DNA from: Octopus sinensis
Taxonomy: Eukaryota
NCBI RefSeq assembly: GCF_006345805.1
Contig: NC_042997.1
Span: forward strand, 33,046,001 to 33,110,000
DNA: 64,000 nucleotides
Direction: 5' to 3'
This document shows positions 54,222 through 64,000 of this stretch, piece after piece; positions within the stretch are counted from its first letter, which is position 1; the number at the start of each line of letters is the position of its first letter. A program made the translations under genes and the position numbers. The notes below the pieces were generated by a model, which searched no databases, was not told the origin of the DNA, and saw only the letters and a program-made list of their open reading frames with translations.

Positions 54222-54631
54222 GTATACATGTACATGTATATACGTACACATGCACACACACACACACACACCACATGCACACATATATAATAAGTATATG
54301 TGTATCACAGAGTAATGTGATACTCTCATGCAGTAGTATGTTGTTGAATGTGTGGGTGTATGTCTACTTCCCACCTGCTTGCTACTCTTGTTCATAGCTC
54401 ACTGCAACTGTCTAGCTCCTGTGGTGAACTGGGAAGTAGTCTTCTAGTGCTTAAGTTTTTACAACTAGCAGGCAATCTCTCTTGCACCAAGACGTCTTGG
54501 TCAGGTCTCATCATTGTTACACAAAGTGACTACCTTGTGGCTCCAGATTAGTGCATCAATGAATCTTGGAACTGTTGTGGTTTCTGATATATAATGTGTA
54601 GGCCCGCTTTAGTGTGTCTTGTTTCTATTCT

Positions 54632-55062
54632 TGGTCTCAAGCATTTGTCTTATGAAGAAAGGCTGAAGACGCTCGACCTTTATTCTCTAGAAAAACGCAA
54701 ACGCCATGGTGATCTCATTCTTGCTCACAACATCATAAGTGGAAAGAGTAACCTCTGAAAGAGCTGTTCTTCACTCCTGCTCCAGAGCATCAGCTGCGAG
54801 GTCACTCCGAAAAAGCTCTATCTGCGACAATTTCATCTCAATCGAAGGAGAGGGGCTTTCTCCATCCGGGTTGTGGATCCATGGAATAAGCTGCCGGACG
54901 AGATAGTGAAGATGCCGACGACCGCTCGGTTCAAAGTCTCTCTTGACCAGAAATGGCCTGAACTCTTTACATGAACACCACCCTGTACATAACTCCATAT
55001 CCCCCTACATGGCCTTGCTTTTTGCTTTTTGAGCCAAAAAATTAACTAACTAACTAACTAAT
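54632..55062 (+). mobile_element. CR1-clade LINE 3' end
   Basis: LKHLSYEERLKTLDLYSLEKRKRHGDLILAHNII...LRGHS...RRGAFSIRVVDPWNKLPDEIV...FKVSLD is a typical CR1 ORF2 C-terminus; ends in an (AACT)n tail. Confidence 0.9.
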
Positions 55063-55518
55063 CAACCATCATTATATTACTGTGTGCATGTCTAGGAAAA
55101 TGAAGGTTAGGAGAGGACACTGCAAAAGAAACTGAACTTAAAATGTTTCTAAATAGTTGCTAGCAACTGTTGCTAAATTGCTCTCAAATCACACCTTGCT
55201 GCCTTAGAACAAATATAAGAGAAACTAGAAAACAGAGTTCTAAATAAATAAAAGGTAGATCGGGCACAACTAGTCCAGGTAACATTCCTCTGAAACTCAT
55301 CCAAAATAATGACCAGTCTCATAGAACAAGGCTATTCAAGCCGATCACAAGAATGTGGGGAAACTAAGATTGCACCTGTGTATCTAAACAACGCTCTCAT
55401 CGTTACTTTCTTTAAGAAAGGAGAGACAGACATGTGAACCTTTAAACATAATTTAGCAGCTCAGCAAAATCTTTAACATAACTTATTAGTTCAGCATGGA
55501 AAACGGACGTTAAGCGAC

Positions 55519-55573
55519 AATGATGACGATGATGATAATGATGACGATGATTATAATGATGATGATGATGATA

Positions 55574-55620
<47 letters not shown>

Positions 55621-55669
55621 AGAGATGATGATGTTGATGACGATGATGATAATGATGACGATGATTATA

Positions 55670-55740
<71 letters not shown>

Positions 55741-55742
55741 AT
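55519..55742. repeat. (GAT)n microsatellite, an expanded RTE tail
   Basis: Follows agcatggaaaacggacgttaa, the RTE 3' terminus. Confidence 0.95.
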
Positions 55743-56274
55743 GCACACACACACACACACACACGCACACATTTTTAGTATGAGAAAGAGATGGAGAGAA
55801 AGAGAGAGAGAGAGAGAGAAGAATGGGTAGGAGAACAAAAGACATGTAAAGTAAGAATAAAAAGCAAATGGGAGATGAAAAAAAAAAGGGGAAGAAAAAT
55901 AACCAGAAATAAAAATAGTTAAAAAAGGAAAACCAAAAAACAGTGGTATAGAATGAAGTGAAAACAAAAATGATGGAATATGAAACCTTCTAGAATTTCT
56001 CTCCTTGTTAATTGGCAAATTGTTTGGTGTCGAAAGTTCATCCTGGCTCAGCTGAACACATTACCAAGCTAAGACAGAGCGAGAGAGAGAGAGAGAGAGC
56101 GAGAAAGAGAACGGAACATTTCTTGTTGCATAATGGTAAGAAAGGAATCCTTTGACGTCATGTCTACTGAGCATAAAAAGCAAACAGCATCACTGGCAGG
56201 ATCACAACTCAGTGATCACCACTGTAACCACCGTTATTAGCAACAGCAGCAAGTGTCATCCTCTCCCGTTCCCC

Positions 56275-56788
56275 AACCACCACCACCACCGCCACCACCA
56301 TCACCACCACCACCACCACCACCACCACCACCACCACCACCACCACCACCACCACCATCACCTTCACCATCACAACCACCACCACCACCATCACAACCAC
56401 CACCACCACCGCCACCACCACCACCACCACCACCATCACCACCACCACCACCACCACCACCACCACCACCACCACCACCACCACCACCACCACCACCGCT
56501 TTCCACCGCCACCACCATCACCACCACCACACCACCACCACCACCACCACCACCACCACCACCACCACCACCACCATCACCATCACAACCACCACCACCA
56601 CCACCATCACAACCATCACCACCACCACCACCACCACCACCACCACCACCACCACCACCACCACCACCACACCACCACCATCACAACCATCACCACCACC
56701 ACCACCACCACCACACCACCACCACCACCACCACACCACCACACCACCACCACACCATCACAACCACCACCACCACCACCATCACCAT
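56275..56788. repeat. (CAC)n trinucleotide tract, about 510 bp
   Basis: Direct reading. Confidence 0.98.
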
Positions 56789-57611
56789 AGCCATTTAAAT
56801 CCCCCAGCAGTGGCATTAATAATAGCATTGGTAATATAACAACAAAGAAGGCTGCAAAAAAGCACCAAAAAGAGAGATGGTGTATGTGTGTGTGTGTGTG
56901 TGTGTGTTTTTATATACAAGGTTAACAGCAACAGCAAAAACAATAATTACAACAAAAAACATTCAGATGTTTAACTACAACAATAGCAACAACCATAACA
57001 AAGAAATTACAAAATCTACTGCAATGATAATCAAAGCTAAGGTTAGTTGAATTGATAAAGGAATGACACATACAGACAAGAAGTCAATTGTTTCAATGGT
57101 CAAGACACTTAGCTCTCAATAGCCCAGGCTACTTAGCTGTAAATAGATTACACCAGTCTAGCTAAATAGTTGGGTTTTTTTTTATCTCAAGCAGACATAC
57201 CATCATTGGTATTCTAGTAGTGATCATTCTGCTTTTGTTCTAGGCACAGTACACCTAGGAACACATATAAAGTGCATCATTATTATTCTTTTCTAAAATG
57301 GTAAGGTGAGATTTTTGGGGTGACTTGGCTGATATTTTTAGCAGGTAAAGCCACCATGTAGTGTCTTCTTCTTGGTTCAAGGTTGAATAATTCACAAATG
57401 ACAGCACTATAAAGATGGATGAAATTTTTAATCAGATCTTAGTTCTGGGAAATTTCCTGTGAAGGAACGGTACCTGAATCAGAGTTGCAGCAAGAATAGT
57501 CCCAAATCAGTAGCTGACTTCTCTGCAGAGGACTGCAAAAGAAATAACTTAATAATTCTTTGAAGATTTGGCATAAGGTCAGCAGTTTGTGAGGAGGACT
57601 TAGTTGGTATC

Positions 57612-58405
57612 TATTTCTTTATTGCCCACAAGGAGCTAAACATAGAAGGGACAAACAAGGACAGACAAAGGGATTAAGTTGATTACATCGACCCCAGTGC
57701 GTAACTGGTACTTAATTTATTGACCCCGAAAGGATGAAAAGTAAAGTCGACCTTGACGGAATTTGAACTCAGAACGTAAAGACAGACAAAATACCTATTT
57801 CTTTACTACCCACAAGGGGCTAAACACAGAGGGGACAAACAAGGACAGACAAAGGGATTAAGTCAATTACATCGACCCAAGTGCGTAACTGGTACTTAAT
57901 TTATTGACCCCAAAGGATAAAAGGCGAAGTCGACCTCGGTGGAATTTGAACTCAGAACGTAGTAGCAGACGAAATACCTATTTTTATTTCTTTACTATCC
58001 ACAGGGGCTAAACACAGAGGGGACAAACAAGGACAGACAAAGGGATTAAGTCAATTACATCGACCCAAGTGCGTAACTGGTACTTAATTTATTGACCCCA
58101 AAGGATAAAAGGCGAAGTCGACCTCGGTGGAATTTGAACTCAGAACGTAGTAGCAGACGAAATACCTATTTTTATTTCTTTACTATCCACAAGGGGCTAA
58201 ACACAGAAGGGACAAACAAGGACAGACAAAGGGATTAAGTTGATTACATCGACCCCAGTGTGTAACTGGTACTTAATTTATTGACCCCAAAAGGATGAAA
58301 GACAAAGTCGACCTCGGCGGAATTTGAACTCAGAACGTAGCGCCAGACAAAATACTGCTAAGCATTTCGCCCGGCGTGCTAACGTTTCTGCCAGCTCGCC
58401 ACCCC
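57612..58405 (-). mobile_element. Tetrameric SINE family B insertion with a 20-bp TSD
   Basis: Four head-to-tail units of about 185 bp; aggaggacttagttggtatc is duplicated at 57592-57611 and 58406-58425. Confidence 0.9.
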
Positions 58406-58860
58406 AGGAGGACTTAGTTGGTATCATTAACCTCAGTACTTGACTGGTACTTTATTTTATCAGTCTTGGGTGGGGTGGGGTGGGGTGGGGATGAAAAGCA
58501 AAGTTGACCCTAGTAGAATTCGAACTCACAATGTAACGAGTCAGTAATACTGCTAGGAATTTTATCAGATTCTCTAGTCATTCTTCTAAGCTCACTGTCT
58601 TTGGATTAATTCAATAATGGCCTGCAAAATGCTCCAACCAGAGAGACGCATTTCTGGGGATGAGTTCATGCAGAAGTATATTGTACACAGGAGTATAGGC
58701 GCAGGAGTGGCTGTGTGGTAAGTAGCTTGCTAACCAACCACATGGTTCCGGGTTCAGTCCCACTGCGTGGCATCTTGGGCAAGTGTCTTCTGCTATAGCC
58801 CCAGGCCGACCAATGCCTTGTGAGTGGATTTGGTAGACGGAAACTGAAAGAAGCCTGTCG

Positions 58861-58891
<31 letters not shown>

Positions 58892-59893
58892 ATGTGTTTG
58901 TGTGTCTGTGTTTGTCCCCCTAGCATTGCTTGACAACCGATGCTGGTGTGTTTACGTCCCCATCACTTAGCGGTTTGGCAAAAGAGACCGATAGAATAAG
59001 AACTGGGCTTACAAAGAATAAGTCCCGGGGTCGATTTGTTCGACTAAAGGCGGTGCTCCTGCATGGCCGCAGTCAAAATGACTGAAACATGTAAAAGAGT
59101 AAAAGAGTTTGTATGATAAAAGAAAGTGTGTATATCACTGTGTGTGTGTGTGTATGTGGCAGTGTGTTGGGTGGAAAGCATCAAATTTTTATGTCATTCA
59201 AATAAATGTGTGAACGTGGAAGTCACATCTAAGATATTGTTATGAATGATATGCTTGCATACACACTTGTACATAGCATCAGTAACTGACCTTGACTATA
59301 TGAAATGCAAACACATTGCCATTCAGAATTTGTGCATGTATGTGTGTGTGTGTGTACATGTGTGTGTACATGCATGTGTATGTGTGTGTGTGCGTGCATG
59401 CATATGCGCTAGTATGTACAAATACATGTATTTTGTATCTGTGTTTATGACATGGTTGCTTTCTGAGATGTATGAATGAGACTCTGATGTAGATTTGTCT
59501 TTGTGCCTTGCATAGTGTCAGCATCTGACCCTATATAAATATAAGATAGAAACCCTTTGTCATTCAGAACACATGACCATTCATGCACATATGTGAGTGT
59601 AAAATTTAAAATACGCATACGATTAGCTAGGGTTGTGGTTGTTGTTTAGTTGCGGGTCATTCTTGATAGAGCAGACATAGTCATGATCAATACTATTCCA
59701 GTTGTGATTATATCATCTTTTCTTCTGGAATAGTTGACCTTGGATAACATTGTCCAATGTATCCTTCTATAAGAGATCTGAGGAAGATTTTACTATTATT
59801 TCTAACAGACTGAACAACCATGTTGATGCTCCCTTATAGAGAGACCCCAGCATCCATTGTAGATGTACTTGTAGAAATATCAGCAACTGATCT

Positions 59894-60121
59894 TTAACCC
59901 TTTTGTTACTGTATTTATTTTGAGATGCTCTGTGTTTCTTTCAATTACTTTAAATATAACAAAGAATCTAGTAAAATAACTAAGTTATCATTCAGCTAGT
60001 GTTAGGAACATAAATTGTGAATAAGGTTTGATTGAAGATTTTAATTCAAAACTAATGAAAACATGACATTTGAACTCAGAGCCAGAGCGGGTTTTAGCCA
60101 GGTTCGTAATGAAAGGGTTAA
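59894..60121. mobile_element. TTAA MITE family 2, second copy
   Basis: Homologous to 41786-42014, with TTAA at both ends. Confidence 0.85.
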
Positions 60122-60439
60122 TATAATCCTTCTTGCTATAGGCATAAAATCTGATGTGGGGAAGGGGCTAGTCAATTACATCAGCTTTACTGCTCAACTG
60201 GTACATATTTCCTCAACCCTGAAAGGATAAAAGACAAAGTCAACCTCAGCAGAATTTGTACTTGGAATGTACAGATGGCACAGGAGTGGCTGTGTGGTAA
60301 GGAGCTTGCTTACCAACCACAGGGTTCTGGGTTCAGCCCCACTGCGTGGCACCTTGGGCAAGTGTCTTCTACTATAGCCTTGGGCTGACCAAAGCCTTGT
60401 GAGTGGATTTGGTAGACGGAAACTGAAAGAAGCTTGTCG

Positions 60440-60471
<32 letters not shown>

Positions 60472-62847
60472 CGTGTATATGTTTGTATGTTTGTGTTCTT
60501 CTCCCCAACATCGCTTGACAACCGCTGCTGGTGTGTTTAGAGACCGATAGAATAAGTACTGGGCTTACAAAGAATAAATCCTGGGGCCAATTTGCTCGAC
60601 TAAAAGGTGGTGCTCCAGCATGGCTACAGTCAAATGACTGAAACAAGCAAAAGAGTAAAAGAGTATGGACAAAATGCTGCTAAACATTTTTTCCATGCAA
60701 ATACTTTGTTATTTAGACCAACGCTATGTGTTACCTACAGTGCTCAGTAAATTTTAGAACTCTGAAAAAGAAAGCTGGTTTTCACAATATAATGTTCTTT
60801 CTGTGCAACATAAAAATGTCTCATAACTTTAAATGGATCACCAGATCATCTCCACAGGCTTTCTCTTCATTTAATGTATTATGATTATGTAAGCTGAACA
60901 GAGCCAATCCCCATCCAAAATACTGACCATGTTGGATATCAAAAGTTTTCAGAGTGAAATGAAATGATTTAATTTGATATCAAACCTTCATTGCAATCTT
61001 AGCTTAACAGATGCCTACCATCATTCGACAGAGCTCATACAAACAGAATGTGTGTGAGAGATAAATATTCTGTGATAAATACAAGTGTATTAACATATGG
61101 TCTGCTATTATAATTCTATTCACATCTAAGGATGCATTATAAGAATATAAATCAACATAAATACTTGACTGGTACTTTATTTTATGAACAGCCAGGAAAA
61201 TGAATGACATAGTTGACCTCAGTAAGGCTGTAACTAAATACTACAAGCCATTTTGTCAGTTGCTTTTAATGGTTCTGATGGACAACTTGATTTATGTAAT
61301 GTGGACAGCTAGTGCAGAGTCTATCAACTTTATTTTCTCTCGCTCCACCTCAGTTTTACCTCCTCCCCACCAAAAAAAAAAAAAAATGTGTGCACAATAT
61401 CATGCATAAGAAAAGTTAGTAGATATATCATCATATATACCAGCATCACCTTACTGGCACTTCTGCTTGTGGCACGTGAACAAAACATTTGAACGAGGTC
61501 ATTGCCAGTGCTGCTGGACTGACTCCTGTGCAGGTGGCATGTAAAAAACACCATTTGAGCATGGCTGTTGCCAGTACCTATTTCTTTATTACCCACAAGG
61601 GGCTAAACATAGAGGGGACAAACAAGGACAGACAAAGGGATTAAGTCGATGACATCGACCCCAGTGCGTAACTGGTACTTAATTTATCGACCCCGAAAGG
61701 ATGAAAGGCAAAGTCGACCTCGGCAGAATTTGAACTCAGAACGTAACAGCAGACGAAATACCGCTGAGCATTTCGCCTGGCATGCTAACGATTCTGCCAG
61801 CTCGCCTCATGCTGGTGGCACATAAAAGCACCCACTACACTCTCGGAGTGGTTGGCATTAGGAAGGGCATCCAGCTGTAGAAACTCTGCCAGATCAGATT
61901 GGAGCCTGGTGCAGCCATCTGGTTCACCAGTCCTCAGTCAAATCATTCAACCCATGCTAGCATGGAAAGCGGACATTAAATGATGATGATGATAATGATG
62001 ATGCGACTTAACATCCACTTTTTCATGTTTGCATGGGTTGGACAAAGTTTGTCGAGGCAGATTTTCTATGTCCAGATGTCTATCCTGGTGCCAATACTCA
62101 CTGTTTCCAAGAAAGCTAATATTTCTCTATGGCTGGACATGTTTCCACAGCATATTGGTCACAAAGGACACTGTCTATATGATAGAGACACCCATTTACA
62201 ATAATCATGCACTGTCATGACAAAGAGGCACCAACTCACGCACACACACACATATGTGTGTGTATATGTATATATATATATATATGTATGTATATATACA
62301 TACACATACATATATACACATATCAATGGGCTTCTTTCAGTTTCTGTCTACCAAAGCAACTCTCAAGACTGGTCAGCTTGAGGTTATAGTAAGAGACACT
62401 TGCCCAAGGTGCCATGCAGTGGGATTGAACTTGGAACCATATGTTTCGGAAACAAGCCTCTTAACCACACAGCCTTGCTCACACCTATGTAACATATATA
62501 TTCAGAATGAGTTTGATAAAAACTTTAATACAAGTTTTACTCATTTGTTACTTAATTATTCTCCATTCTGAAGTTTCTCATGCCCCACCAAAATATTGTC
62601 ACACCTCCCTGGTGGAGTATATACTTCACCTTGAGGGAGATTGACTTAGTGTTATGAAATATATGGACGTATACAAATCTTGTGGTACTATGTATAGGAA
62701 TCTAAACAATGTGGTAAACAGAGAGAAGTAAACAACTAGCAGTAGCTATTTATCAGGTAAACAACCAAAAGTAAACATAAACAACAAAATAAATTTAAAC
62801 ACCTGCAGATTAATATAAAGTTGTAAATAGTGTAAAAGGTAATCATT

Positions 62848-63270
62848 AGGCGCAGGAGTGGCTGTGTGGTAAGTAGCTTGCTAACCAACCACATGGTTCC
62901 GGGTTCAGTCCCACTGCGTGGCATCTTGGGCAAGTGTCTTCTGCTATAGCCCCGGGCCGACCAATGCCTTGTGAGTGGATTTGGTAGACGGAAACTGAAA
63001 GAAGCCTGTCGTATATATGTATATGTATATATGTATGTGTGTGTATATGTTTGTGTGTCTGTGTTTGTACCCCTAGCATTGCTTGACAACCGATGCTGGT
63101 GTGTTTACATCCCCATCACTTAGCGGTTCGGCGAAAGAGACCAATAGAATAAGTACTGGGTTTACAAAGAATAAGTCCCGGGGTCGATTTGCTCGACTAA
63201 AGGTGGTGCTCCTGCATGGCCGCAGTCAAATGACTGAAACAAGTAAAAGAGTAAAAAGAGAGAGTAAAGA
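62848..63270 (+). mobile_element. tRNA-derived SINE family A (representative full-length copy)
   Basis: A box tggctgtgtgg, B box ggttcagtccc, central (TA)/(TG) tract and (gtaaaaga)n tail. Other copies near 3938-4327(+), 10642-11053(-), 21811-22220(+), 22601-22943(-), 24991-25397(+), 29461-29697(-), 29995-30443(+), 35794-36209(-), 58697-59107(+) and 60277-60663(+), plus older relics. Confidence 0.9.
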
Positions 63271-63321
63271 GTATTAGTAGTAGAGGGTAAGTATTTAAAG
63301 GTGTACATAATGCTAAGGTAA

Positions 63322-63813
63322 TTAACCCTTTAGCATTTAAACCATCCATATCTGGCCAAAAATAATCTACCTGTTTTATGTTCAAACTAGTCAGATATGT
63401 TCTCTCACAGCTATCCTATGATGTCATTCTAAAAATAAATAATTACACAATCAAAATCTCAATGCTATGGAATCTTAGTCTTATTCTTAGTTTTTCCTGT
63501 TCCTAACAGAACATTGGGCGATGAGCTGCTTCCACTGAGTATGATCTGCTGCAGCTGTTTTTGTATTAGTTCAGGTCAATTACAGTTCCCATAAATTCTT
63601 GCAGATAGTACTGTGCTAGTTTGGGGGCTATTTCCCTCACCCCTGTTTGTTCCCAGCTGGTGTCCATGTCAGTGTAGTGTGAGGCAGCCTGTGTTCTGAT
63701 AGCTGTATTGTTTTCCAGCTACTGGAGAACAAGCTATGAAATAATGCATGGTTAATTCAAAACAATGTGAATAATAAATAAGCATTACATTTGACAGAAT
63801 GCTAAAGGATTAA
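63322..63813. mobile_element. TTAA MITE family 1, interrupted by a LINE 3' fragment
   Basis: MITE halves at 63322-63473 and about 63731-63813. The insert is flanked by degenerate gctatg(g/a)aat duplications. Confidence 0.7.
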
Positions 63814-64000
63814 GGCAGTTTATGTAAAGACATTGACGAATACCCAATGTCAAAGATTGTTTTTAATTTAGGCACAAAAGTAGTAATTTTAAGAAGAGGT
63901 ACTAAGTTAAATTGACCTTAGTTTTTTTTTTTATGCGCCCTTTTCAAGCCTAGCCAGGCTCATGGGTTGGTTTCCCGGTTTCTGTGGTGTATGTGTTCCT

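Noticed and set aside
56152-56828. Poly-His, poly-Pro, poly-Gly and poly-Val ORFs resembling extensin or His-rich proteins
   Set aside because: All frames of a (CAC)n tract, with no unique coding context or splice support.
57472-57540. Short AG...GT-bounded segment on the minus strand as a possible secernin exon
   Set aside because: No frame resembles the missing secernin N-terminal motifs.
57612-58405. Regularly spaced repeats resembling a CRISPR array
   Set aside because: Units are ~185-bp tandem SINE copies with no unique spacers, in a eukaryotic context with no cas genes.

Overview
Eukaryotic, AT-rich, microsatellite-dense and repeat-dense genomic DNA. The SINE/LINE repertoire and the huge (TA)n/(CATA)n/(GAT)n tracts look like an octopus (coleoid cephalopod) genome; this is inference. 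One protein-coding gene is supported: the 3' part of a secernin (SCRN2/SCRN3-like, peptidase C69/Ntn family) on the minus strand. Three phase-compatible exons join in frame (43630-43835, 27608-27838, 18674-19191); I did not find the 5' exons in the window. Almost all other ORFs in the track are microsatellite or repeat artefacts. The rest is mostly transposon debris: three tRNA-type SINE families, RTE/CR1/RLE-type LINE ends, non-autonomous Helitrons, TTAA (piggyBac-type) MITEs, a hAT MITE and a Tc1/mariner fossil. The most unusual signal is a set of short non-coding elements wedged into (TA)n microsatellites. Several carry minimal type I hammerhead-ribozyme motifs, including one with an intact core in the sense orientation inside a secernin intron; others carry long near-perfect hairpins. 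All coordinates and structures were read by eye, and repeat boundaries are approximate.
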